Program-made: the position numbers and the translations under genes
Notes under the pieces: model-generated
Database searches by the model: none
The model's input: the letters and a program-made list of their open reading frames with translations, nothing else
Told to the model about the DNA's origin: nothing
Sequence record: PZ534511.1
DNA from: a phage
DNA length: 64,000 nucleotides
Direction: 5' to 3' (one strand)
In this document: positions 55,491 to 64,000 of the stretch, one piece after another
Layout: each line of letters opens with the position of its first letter
Numbering within the stretch: position 1 is the first letter of the stretch

Positions 55491-56274
55491 TAATTCTGCT
55501 CCTTACTACAGGCTCGTTTGCTAAGAATACGGCTTTTGCCCAGCCACGTGGTGTGAGGCTTCGAATCATCTTCGTTCTTGCACTCTTTCCACCCAGCTTG
55601 GCGTGTTGCATGGAATACCCGCTAACCACGTCAACTATTTGCGGGACAGGTTTTGTGGCTGGGATTATAAATCCATTACCTATCCAGCCGCAAGTTATTT
55701 TTGGATAGGCATCACGTGGAGCTATAAATTCAGGAAACCATGGATTTACATCATCTTCCGGTAAATACCCGCCATAATCCGAAGGGTGAAAACGGTAATC
55801 AGGTTTGCGCCACAGTGTGGACATAACACCTACAGGATTCTCTACATGCCACGGGCAATCGTAAATCTCTCCCAACTCTTCCGCAACCCGAGCATCCTTT
55901 ACAGCATTAATTTGGATCAGTGGGTCCTTAGCCAGCTTTTTCTTAAAGTGTGCAGCTCCTGATACCGCTAAATGCGTGCACGGAGGAAATGCAAGAATAA
56001 AGTCTGGAGCTGGATACATGCAAAAAGTTTCTTGAGGGAACCATGGGTCAATCCAATAATCCACATAGTGAATGTTAGGATGATCGGTTATCACCTCTGC
56101 ATAACTGCCGTGGTCAGCACCTTCTGCATTAAAGCACAGGCACAGGTACCCAGCTTTTGCCCAGTCAATAACTGCACCACCAGACCCGTCAAATAGACTC
56201 CACACAACACCTTTGTGGTAGTGTTCTTTGTAGATGAATTTCAATTTGCTGTCTCCTAATGCAAAAAGCCCCAC
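55480..56274 (-). CDS. putative DNA cytosine-5 methyltransferase
   Basis: motif I-like FDGSGG, PC-like FPPCTHL, ENV motif HVENPVG. Confidence 0.5.
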   Translation of the reverse strand: MGLFALGDSKLKFIYKEHYHKGVVWSLFDGSGGAVIDWAKAGYLCLCFNAEGADHGSYAEVITDHPNIHYVDYWIDPWFPQETFCMYPAPDFILAFPPCTHLAVSGAAHFKKKLAKDPLIQINAVKDARVAEELGEIYDCPWHVENPVGVMSTLWRKPDYRFHPSDYGGYLPEDDVNPWFPEFIAPRDAYPKITCGWIGNGFIIPATKPVPQIVDVVSGYSMQHAKLGGKSARTKMIRSLTPRGWAKAVFLANEPVVRSRINGK

Positions 56275-56295
56275 CCTTTCGGGCAGGGCCTAGTG

Positions 56296-56778
56296 TTAAA
56301 CCCGGATACCTATTGTATACTCGGTGGATACCAATGTCAAATCTAAATTTAAAATTTCTTGCATCTCATAGTATGCGTCCAGGGTGAGATACATTTCCCC
56401 ATCCTTTTCTACATACTTGTCCAAGTGCTTGAGGCATTTCGGATAACTATCGAGTGCAGCTTTCAGACACTCAAATTCTGTGCTGTTGATGAATCCTTCC
56501 ATCTTGGCTACCCGTTCTGGAGTAACGATAGCACTGTAGTGAGATTTAGCTTCCTGGATGCAATGGGTCCAAGCATCAACTTTCTCTTCGAAAAGTCCGA
56601 AGAACTTCTTTTTAGTGAGCTTCAGATTCTTTAAGTGCTTAAGCACTCGGTTGCCGATCACAGCCACATCACGAAACTTAAGGATCACTTTGTCGATATC
56701 CTCGCGGCCTATTTTCACAAAGCAAGCCTCACACATTTCAGGAGCTGCGTAACCTACTTTCCACATAAAATCTGACAT
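56296..56778 (-). CDS. hypothetical protein
   Basis: ORF with AAGGAG RBS. Confidence 0.45.
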   Translation of the reverse strand: MSDFMWKVGYAAPEMCEACFVKIGREDIDKVILKFRDVAVIGNRVLKHLKNLKLTKKKFFGLFEEKVDAWTHCIQEAKSHYSAIVTPERVAKMEGFINSTEFECLKAALDSYPKCLKHLDKYVEKDGEMYLTLDAYYEMQEILNLDLTLVSTEYTIGIRV

Positions 56779-56790
56779 AACACTATCTCC

Positions 56791-57189
56791 TTATTCTTCC
56801 TGAAAAGCTATGATATCATATGAACTTGCAGATGATCCTGGTGAAGAATGACTCCAATCCAGGTCATCAGAGTAGTCAGCGTACTGTGCACCGCTACGTA
56901 GTTTGTATTTTACCCACTTACCTGGTGCAGGGTTTTCACCACCTTCCCATACTTCCCAGCCTTCTGGCAGGCCGTCCTGAGCATAGTCATCCACCTCACT
57001 AATGATCTTAGGGTTTGGCACCAAGATCCCCGCAGGCTCTTCCTTCCGGATAAGTGTCCACACAGCGTAGGTATCTGAGCAGGCGCATGATAGCAAAGTA
57101 TATCCACTATTCAGAACTTCTGCAAGCTCTTTTTCAGCATCTTCCAATTTAGTTAAGTGGTATTGGATAATCTTCACACCTGTAATCAT
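56791..57189 (-). CDS. hypothetical protein
   Basis: ORF. Confidence 0.45.
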   Translation of the reverse strand: MITGVKIIQYHLTKLEDAEKELAEVLNSGYTLLSCACSDTYAVWTLIRKEEPAGILVPNPKIISEVDDYAQDGLPEGWEVWEGGENPAPGKWVKYKLRSGAQYADYSDDLDWSHSSPGSSASSYDIIAFQEE

Positions 57190-57533
57190 CAGAAACCTCC
57201 CACTTCTTCAGCAAATGCAGCTGCTGTCGTCGCTGCATCCAGATAGGACTCTAGTTCACGGGCTGCACGTTTGTAAATTGAGTGTCGCAAATCGTTTGGC
57301 AGTTGGTGGAAGTCCACCTCTTCACCGTTGTGGTAAACATGCACATCGGTAATTTGTCTAAATCCGTAATAGTCAACATCAGAATCACGGCACTCCGGGT
57401 CTGGCAACTGGACAACTGCCTGAGCTTCTACAGTAAACATATCGTCAAGTTCGAAATCGATTTCAAAAGTGTATGGTTTATAACGTTTCATCATTTGATT
57501 GTACTCTTTATTGATCAGACATATCTTTCGCAA
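57189..57533 (-). CDS. hypothetical protein
   Basis: ORF. Confidence 0.45.
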   Translation of the reverse strand: MRKICLINKEYNQMMKRYKPYTFEIDFELDDMFTVEAQAVVQLPDPECRDSDVDYYGFRQITDVHVYHNGEEVDFHQLPNDLRHSIYKRAARELESYLDAATTAAAFAEEVGGF

Positions 57534-58833
57534 TTAAGGCCGGGGTAAGTTTGTAATAACGGAAGCCACCACCACCTTGCCAGTTTACAGACTTAGAAAT
57601 ACCACCTTGATCTTCGCCATCGATCACTTTTTCCAAGCGCGGAATAATATGGGTATGACAATGATCACCCAGTTCGATCAAGATCCAACGTCTTTTCATT
57701 TTGTGAGCTACAGCAGCAGTAGTTCCCGAACCACCGAATGAATCCAATACCAAATCGCCTTCTCGCGTACACATCTCGAAAATCCGCTTCAAAAGCGCTT
57801 CTGGTTTTTTACCATTTTTGAAACTAACGCCACCTTCATTTGCTATTCCATTCCAACTAATATCTGTCCAAACATCAGTTATTAGTTCCGCAGGCTGCAT
57901 CTCACCGTCAATTTCCAAAAGCCTGTTGGAGTAAAAGACCATTTGCCTACCATTTGCGATATAAAATCCTTCAACATCCTCATTTGGATGTACATAAACC
58001 TTATCCCTGTCTTTCTTTGACTTCTCGATAGTTTCTTTTCTCTTTATTTTAGCACCACCACCAATTGCAACAGATTGAAATACACGTTCTGCATTATCAA
58101 TTGCGAATTGTGCTAATTCATCATCGAATGTGTCAGGCAGTTTTTTCTTGGCTTCTTTTGCATCTTTATAGCCATTGGCCTTTGCAAACGCATCGGCAAT
58201 ACCACACCACGTCCAATTTTTATAATGGTCATCCGGGTTTAATAGGTATTTGTTATATCCTGTATCATACCCTTTAGGTATATAGATTTTGTTAAGCGGT
58301 TTCTGGTTGCGATCTTTTGCATATACAAGCAAAAAGTTTGCTGTGGAGAAAACTGTGGCTCCTGTTGCCTTAAATCCTGAAGGGGAATTTGTGGTCATCG
58401 AGATGGTATTTAACTGATTTGCACGACCAAAAATCTCGTCCATCAAAACTTTTAAATACGCCATTTCGCAACCATCTAAGTGAACGAATATTACCCCATC
58501 ATCACTCAGAAGATTACGAATTATTTCTAACCTATCCCTCATTAAGCCCAGCCAAATGGAATGCTCCAGGCTATCATCGTAGTGCTCAAAAGCCCTCCCG
58601 GTATTGAATGGTGGGTCTATGTAAACACACTTCACTTTGCATGCATACTCTTGCTCTAGCGCCTTCAATGCTAATAAGTTATCTCCAAAAATCAGTTTAT
58701 TATCAAAAATATCGTTTTCGGTCACCTTCTGGCTGTGGTAAGATTTGCTAGAATCTTCTAACAAAATGTGCGGCTCTAACTTTTTGCGCTCGTTTTTACC
58801 TATCCAGGTAAGTTCTAATTTGGTTTTACTCAT
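57508..58833 (-). CDS. DNA methyltransferase (beta-class N6-adenine or N4-cytosine)
   Basis: motif IV IDPPF before motif I FGGSGTT (beta-class order). Confidence 0.7.
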   Translation of the reverse strand: MSKTKLELTWIGKNERKKLEPHILLEDSSKSYHSQKVTENDIFDNKLIFGDNLLALKALEQEYACKVKCVYIDPPFNTGRAFEHYDDSLEHSIWLGLMRDRLEIIRNLLSDDGVIFVHLDGCEMAYLKVLMDEIFGRANQLNTISMTTNSPSGFKATGATVFSTANFLLVYAKDRNQKPLNKIYIPKGYDTGYNKYLLNPDDHYKNWTWCGIADAFAKANGYKDAKEAKKKLPDTFDDELAQFAIDNAERVFQSVAIGGGAKIKRKETIEKSKKDRDKVYVHPNEDVEGFYIANGRQMVFYSNRLLEIDGEMQPAELITDVWTDISWNGIANEGGVSFKNGKKPEALLKRIFEMCTREGDLVLDSFGGSGTTAAVAHKMKRRWILIELGDHCHTHIIPRLEKVIDGEDQGGISKSVNWQGGGGFRYYKLTPALIAKDMSDQ

Positions 58834-58894
58834 CGTTTGGTGCTCTCCTTAGTTTTTGTGGGGAGGAGTGCCTCCCCTTTATACTCACACCTTA

Positions 58895-59236
58895 CTACTC
58901 AAGGTCTTCAGAGTCAAGCTCAAAAAGAATCAAACTGTGCATGCCTGCAGAGAGATTAACACACCCTGCAACAATAAGGGTTTGATAGTAAGGTCCAGCA
59001 CCCTCAATGTCTTCGTTAAAATCTACAACAAGGTAGTCACCTTTGTTAAAGGTGTATTTGTCCGATGTAAACGCAAAACCTGCCCAGTCTCCTACTGCAG
59101 GATCTTTATCAGTCACCTTTGTTAGCAGTAGATCTTTTTCACGAGATCTTTTAGTAAAATCGTGAATCACAACATTCTTCTCTTCAGGAGTCGGATTGCC
59201 ACACACGTAGTTAACGATATTTCTCCACAAACTCAT
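58895..59236 (-). CDS. hypothetical protein
   Basis: ORF with AGAGGGG RBS. Confidence 0.45.
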   Translation of the reverse strand: MSLWRNIVNYVCGNPTPEEKNVVIHDFTKRSREKDLLLTKVTDKDPAVGDWAGFAFTSDKYTFNKGDYLVVDFNEDIEGAGPYYQTLIVAGCVNLSAGMHSLILFELDSEDLE

Positions 59237-60603
59237 ACGTCCCCCTCTTCTGCTCTGGTTTCAAAATCTTTCCTGACAATTTTGTCTAAGTCAGGGAATG
59301 TTGTATTGTAAAACTCTACGACTCGCGGGTCAACAATAATGTCAACTTCTCTTAGTGGACGCAACAAGTTTATTCCTTGTATTGTCTTAACCCGACTCAA
59401 AGCAACATACGTCATCCCAGGAGAGAAAGCTCCGTTCTTTCCAAGGTCCAGGTTGTAACAATCTAGCGTAAGTCCTTGACTTTTATGAGATGTTACGGCG
59501 TACCCAGATTTCAGAGGAAGTTGCTTGTATGACCCAATCACTACCCTCTCTATAAACTTCTCCATCTTCCTTTCTGCAATGTTGTATCTCTGAGAGGGCT
59601 TATACTCGTTATTCTCCCACAACCTCTGCTCTATGTCAACCTGTGTTCCATCTTCAAGCTCTACCACCACCGCCTTGTTCTTAAATTTAACAATTGTGGC
59701 ACGTGTTCCGTTAACATAATAAGGTACCTTGTGCGTCGGGTCAACATCGTTGGCGGTTATCATAACTTTCATGCCAATTTTCAACTTCATCTCCTGCTCA
59801 ACTGGCAGGGTGGAGGGAAACTTACCCTTCATTTCACCAGTGTATACCTTCTCTGGGGCGTTGATGGCATCATAGAACCTTCTGTTCACTTCCTCTGCTT
59901 GTTTGTTGGTGGCGCAAATTGTGAGAGCGTCTGTTGGTACACCGCCTTTGTAACAGCGAGCATTAAGTTCTGCTACAACCTCTTTTATGCGACGACCCTC
60001 ACGAACACAGTTGAGCATTGTGGCAAATCGAATAGACTCCTGTCGGAACTGATCTACTAAGGCTATGTTGTGGAGGTCAAGCTCTTTCCAAGATTCGGTA
60101 TAGCAACACAGGTCCGTATGGTAGAAGTTGAAGTAGGCTTCCTTCTCCATAGAAGAGACAACAGGAGGTGCCTGGTAAAAATCGCCAAACAATATGACCT
60201 GTATGCCTCCGAAAGGTTTGTCATTTTTTCGAAGGAAGCGGAGTTTCCTATCCATCTCTATAAACTTATCAGCACGGATCATAGAGATTTCATCGATAAT
60301 CAGGATGGTAAATGCCTTGCTTTTCAAAGGCTTTGCTGTTTTTGCCCTTATTGCGGTCCAGTCTGACTCCATGCTCACACCTGCTGCAAGATCGAAGGTT
60401 CGGTGTGCTGTTGCTCCATTAACGTTTAAAGCGGCTACCCCTGTCGGGGCAACCGTTATGCAAGAGTCTCCATACATTGACTGGATCATGTTGATGAGAT
60501 ACGTCTTCCCACAACCTGCAGGTCCTGAAACGAAGACATTCTCACCACTCATGATTGCAACGAGGGCAGCATCTGTGCCTACATCATACTGCCCTTTTTC
60601 CAT
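59233..60603 (-). CDS. Dda/Pif1/RecD-like SF1 DNA helicase
   Basis: Walker A VSGPAGCGKT followed by VAPTGVAA. Confidence 0.75.
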   Translation of the reverse strand: MEKGQYDVGTDAALVAIMSGENVFVSGPAGCGKTYLINMIQSMYGDSCITVAPTGVAALNVNGATAHRTFDLAAGVSMESDWTAIRAKTAKPLKSKAFTILIIDEISMIRADKFIEMDRKLRFLRKNDKPFGGIQVILFGDFYQAPPVVSSMEKEAYFNFYHTDLCCYTESWKELDLHNIALVDQFRQESIRFATMLNCVREGRRIKEVVAELNARCYKGGVPTDALTICATNKQAEEVNRRFYDAINAPEKVYTGEMKGKFPSTLPVEQEMKLKIGMKVMITANDVDPTHKVPYYVNGTRATIVKFKNKAVVVELEDGTQVDIEQRLWENNEYKPSQRYNIAERKMEKFIERVVIGSYKQLPLKSGYAVTSHKSQGLTLDCYNLDLGKNGAFSPGMTYVALSRVKTIQGINLLRPLREVDIIVDPRVVEFYNTTFPDLDKIVRKDFETRAEEGDV

Positions 60604-61808
60604 TACGCCTCCTCGTAAAGAATGTCGATAGTGTTACCGTCACGATCAACTACATATTCAATAGGGTCTCCATCTTTGCGTGCTTCCGGAGCTACCACAA
60701 TCTCATAGCGGCATGCACGGCACTTAGCGCTATTGTGTTGGTATGGCACACTAACCACATCTGCAGGGTCAACCATAACAGTCATTACAGTGCCGTAGCT
60801 CTTTGCATACTCTTTGCTGGCGCAGTGTAAGCCATAAGAGCACGCAGCTTCCGGATCATCCTCTACAAAGTTACGAGGCATGGATACAAAAGCCCCCTGG
60901 TATTGTGGAACTTTACCACTGTGCCAATCCACCCACTTGCTGCCGTTAAACTGAACCCCTTTGTAGCAAATGATTCGACCATCTTCTGCAATCTGGATAT
61001 CGTTGGCCTGCATAAAATCGTAGAGCATGTTTACAGATTTTGCAGAAGGATTGCGCAGCAGGCGAACGAGGAATTTCACATAGCGGTCATCCAGTGTTCC
61101 GTCTGCATAATCTTTCTCAATTTTCTTTGCAATGGTGGATCGCATCTCTACACCGTAGTAGTAGAGCTTACCATCTTTCATGACCAGGTTGTCTGCAAGT
61201 GTGGTGAACTCATTCTTGCGTTCCAGCCAGACAAGGATTTCACCAATTGCCTCATCATATTCCTGAACAGAGATATGGTCGAAGACTTTCTGGTAAACTT
61301 CCTCACTTTCGCTGCGGCGAATTTCAAAAATGCCTTCGTTGCAGGTGATCTGGAGGAGTTCCCCACAAATAACTACCAAAGGCTCAATACTTCGAGTCTG
61401 TTGCTGAGATACGCTGCTCACCACCTCCAGCACCGGATCTTTGACTTCTACTAAAGGTTCTTCTGACTTGATTGCTACCCCAGTGAACCCCACACCATGA
61501 ACAACACACAGTGGGTATACCACGCCCCAACGTTTAACGGACCCTTCGCCTAAATCTAAGATCATGGCGTACTTACCGTTATCTTCCAGACCGTATCGAA
61601 ATAAACGGGCCTCTTCGCGGGTTTCAAAATCCTCACGGGTGTAGCAGACGCTGTCACGGTCAGGATCGAACAACTCTGGGGCACCAACTGCCAGTGTCCA
61701 GGTTGTGTCGCCTTTCTCAATGGCACATGTGAAACCCTTCTTCTCAAGTTCTGCACGGCGGTCTCGTGCTTCTTTACGGGTTTTGAAATGTTCGTAGATG
61801 AAAATCAT
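60603..61808 (-). CDS. rIIB: rIIB-like protein
   Basis: C-terminal CSYGLHCASKEY...VDPADVVSVPYQHNSAKCRACRYEIV resembles recalled T4 rIIB C-terminus; immediately downstream of rIIA-like gene. Confidence 0.55.
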   Translation of the reverse strand: MIFIYEHFKTRKEARDRRAELEKKGFTCAIEKGDTTWTLAVGAPELFDPDRDSVCYTREDFETREEARLFRYGLEDNGKYAMILDLGEGSVKRWGVVYPLCVVHGVGFTGVAIKSEEPLVEVKDPVLEVVSSVSQQQTRSIEPLVVICGELLQITCNEGIFEIRRSESEEVYQKVFDHISVQEYDEAIGEILVWLERKNEFTTLADNLVMKDGKLYYYGVEMRSTIAKKIEKDYADGTLDDRYVKFLVRLLRNPSAKSVNMLYDFMQANDIQIAEDGRIICYKGVQFNGSKWVDWHSGKVPQYQGAFVSMPRNFVEDDPEAACSYGLHCASKEYAKSYGTVMTVMVDPADVVSVPYQHNSAKCRACRYEIVVAPEARKDGDPIEYVVDRDGNTIDILYEEA

Positions 61809-61818
61809 CTTGGTCTCC

Positions 61819-63801
61819 TTATTTGATGTTATTCTTTGTATCGATCAGTTCACGGTATTCAATCATAGCAGGAGTGTCCCAATATTTCAAGCCTACATGC
61901 TTCAAAAGTGGGTATTTCTTTTCCAATCTTGCAATATAGGCCTTCCCGCATTTAACTCGGTTGGCGATTAAGATTTTGGCACGATGATTTAGCTCACTGT
62001 GCTTCCACGCGGTGTTACCTTCCCACTTGTGGAAATGTGGCCGATAATTTCCAAAATCTTGCATGGGAATAATTTTCCCTAATTGTCTATACAGGCTGTC
62101 ATATGAAGTTTCATTTGCTGCGCGAGTCAGTAAGAATTTCCAAGCATCCTCTTTCAACAAATGTTCCACATTTTTCTCTGTAACATACTGGCAATCAGGA
62201 TCAGTCCAAAGCAGACGGGATTCTGATACCAGGTACAGGTCTTCCCCTTCAGGAATCTGGAGTGCCGCACGCACACGGTCATAATTTTGCTGGTAGATGT
62301 TACTCAGCTGTCCCAGCCAACAACTTCCACGTTGGATATCACCTTCATAAGGAATGCAGTGCTTAATCTTCTTGAACTCTGCCTTAGTAATACGTTCACG
62401 ACGGAAGTAACCATCCTTCTCAAGCTTTTTAACCCAATAACCTGGCTCGTAATGAGTTTTTGTTTCACCTTTCTTCGCAGGTCGGCGAGGGAGCTCTGAT
62501 AACAATTTGACAGTATCTGCAAAGAACGGATGGTGTGCCGCCTCTTTAAACTCTTTCACTAGATCCGTATTCCGGCAATAGAAAACGTTGCGTCCGGTGA
62601 TTTCGCTTAAATAGTTACACTTATTTCGGTTATATTTGCCATCTCCGTCGTTAAATACAAGGTATACACCTCGTAAGAACTCCGACTTTCCGTAACGAGC
62701 ATAGCCTATGCGGCCTTTATTTAAGCCTCCAGCGAAAATTTCACAATCGCCTAAGTCGCCAAGCCCTGTTTCTTCCCATCTGTCCCACATAAAATTCTTA
62801 CCGAAGATGTGCCCGAACACTCCACTGTTCTTCATCATCTCACGTGCTTCTGAGGATGTTTTTGCTGTCTCCAATTCCGCAACAACTTCTGCCCCACGAA
62901 GACGGATACCCTCTTTGACAAAAGCCTCCAGACGCTCTTGGAATCCACCATCGTCGTGCCCCTCTATGGTCCATTCGCGCCCAGGGTTAATATTGCAATC
63001 CCCGATAGGGATCTCTACACAGATTGCAGGGTAGTCTGTCAATGTTTCCAGAAACTTAGAGCGGTAAGGTTGGTGTCCCATCACCACACGGCTCTCATCA
63101 GAGCTGGTATAACCTTTCAGGATGGTCATTTTCCAACCATCCTTCTCGTAGTGATACTGCGCCTCAACCTTATCACCTTCCAGCATCTTACTGGTCATAG
63201 GGTCGGTAACGGTAAACGGAAACTTTGCATAGCGTAGGCATGACGCAATAGCAGTGCGATATTTCAGGACATGCTCTTTCTTAACATGGAACTGAACTTT
63301 TACCCCGTTGTGCTCTTCAGTCTTCCGCTCACGGATCTTGGTAACGTTTGGGATACCCTGATCCAAGAACAATAGATATGTGCTTTCAACACCATTGTGC
63401 ACACTGATAACATCGAAAGTGTCCACCATACTGAACGGAGCCTTTGAACCAACACCTTTATTACCTACCAGAGCGTTGCTGTTGCGCTTGGTTGACTCCC
63501 CGAGATTCATGAAAGTGTTGCGGACCATCTCTTCTGACATGCCCAATCCAACGTCCTGCACAAAGAAGTATGGTTCAAGGTCTGTAGGAGAGTGAATAAT
63601 GATCGGTACATCACCCCGTCCAGACTCAACATGGGAGTCCACGGCATTGAAGATTGGTTCACGGCAGCTTGCCAGCACCTTATCTTCGTAAATCCCTTTA
63701 ATGATTAGCCCAAAAGTCTCTTTGTTCAGAGAAATTGAGCCCCTGGTGACCTCCATATTCCCGGTTAGTACCGCTTTAGTTTCATTACTGTTTACAATCA
63801 T
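61819..63801 (-). CDS. rIIA: rIIA-like protein (GHKL-type ATPase fold)
   Basis: N-box-like EPIFNAVDSH, G1 VQDVGLGMS, G2 GNKGVGSKAPFSMVDTF, matching recalled T4 rIIA GLGSKSPFSYTDTF. Confidence 0.8.
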   Translation of the reverse strand: MIVNSNETKAVLTGNMEVTRGSISLNKETFGLIIKGIYEDKVLASCREPIFNAVDSHVESGRGDVPIIIHSPTDLEPYFFVQDVGLGMSEEMVRNTFMNLGESTKRNSNALVGNKGVGSKAPFSMVDTFDVISVHNGVESTYLLFLDQGIPNVTKIRERKTEEHNGVKVQFHVKKEHVLKYRTAIASCLRYAKFPFTVTDPMTSKMLEGDKVEAQYHYEKDGWKMTILKGYTSSDESRVVMGHQPYRSKFLETLTDYPAICVEIPIGDCNINPGREWTIEGHDDGGFQERLEAFVKEGIRLRGAEVVAELETAKTSSEAREMMKNSGVFGHIFGKNFMWDRWEETGLGDLGDCEIFAGGLNKGRIGYARYGKSEFLRGVYLVFNDGDGKYNRNKCNYLSEITGRNVFYCRNTDLVKEFKEAAHHPFFADTVKLLSELPRRPAKKGETKTHYEPGYWVKKLEKDGYFRRERITKAEFKKIKHCIPYEGDIQRGSCWLGQLSNIYQQNYDRVRAALQIPEGEDLYLVSESRLLWTDPDCQYVTEKNVEHLLKEDAWKFLLTRAANETSYDSLYRQLGKIIPMQDFGNYRPHFHKWEGNTAWKHSELNHRAKILIANRVKCGKAYIARLEKKYPLLKHVGLKYWDTPAMIEYRELIDTKNNIK

Positions 63802-64000
63802 TTATTGCGCTCCTTGTAGTAGATATGGCTCCCGAATTGAGCTGTCCTCTGCATCTTTTTTGCCCATTTCGGTCGTACTTTGGTTGTATGGTAGTGTGTT
63901 GCTCCACCTGTTATGTCCATAGCCATGTATGCAACATGGTTGTTATTATAGACCTTTAGAAGCATCTTTGCAAGACTTTTAGCGTGATCCCATGAATCTT
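63798..64000 (-). CDS. hypothetical protein, C-terminal part (ORF enters from beyond window end)
   Basis: minus-strand frame open from window end to TGA overlapping rIIA ATG. Confidence 0.4.
   Translation of the reverse strand, partial: DSWDHAKSLAKMLLKVYNNNHVAYMAMDITGGATHYHTTKVRPKWAKKMQRTAQFGSHIYYKERNK

Noticed and set aside
1-64000. Integrase, transposase or prophage attachment features
   Set aside because: No recombinase-like ORF or flanking direct repeats seen; gene content is that of a virulent phage.

Overview
This window reads as part of a large virulent tailed-phage genome: no structural, integrase or host housekeeping genes, but dense nucleotide-metabolism and replication modules. 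Plus-strand block (1-27069): partial N6-adenine MTase, P-loop kinase-like and HAD phosphatase-like proteins, ThyX, class I RNR NrdA/NrdB, glutaredoxin-like redoxin, class III RNR NrdD/NrdG, PhoH-like ATPase, a zinc-finger/T5orf172 protein, ClpP-like protease, Dam-like MTase, a ribosome hibernation factor (HPF) homolog, and a long run of small ORFs including a tandem paralog family. A 2.4 kb convergent noncoding region (27070-29516) is packed with short repeats and inverted repeats. Minus-strand block (29517-64000): many small early-type ORFs each preceded by a sigma70-like promoter, GC hairpin and RBS; a macro-domain protein; SSB-like protein; a family A DNA polymerase interrupted at motif C by an HNH-endonuclease-carrying insertion (putative group I intron); a free-standing HNH-AP2 endonuclease; T7 gp4-like primase-helicase; two further MTases; Dda/Pif1-like helicase; rIIB- and rIIA-like proteins. 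Most interesting candidates: the interrupted polymerase, the small-protein paralog array, the phage HPF and macro-domain genes, and the repeat-rich noncoding regions (27.1-29.5 kb, 39.6-40.4 kb). All calls come from reading the sequence and ORF translations by eye against remembered family motifs; no database search or folding was run, and coordinates of short elements may be off by a few nt. I cannot single out one definitive novel system; the findings are ranked candidates.
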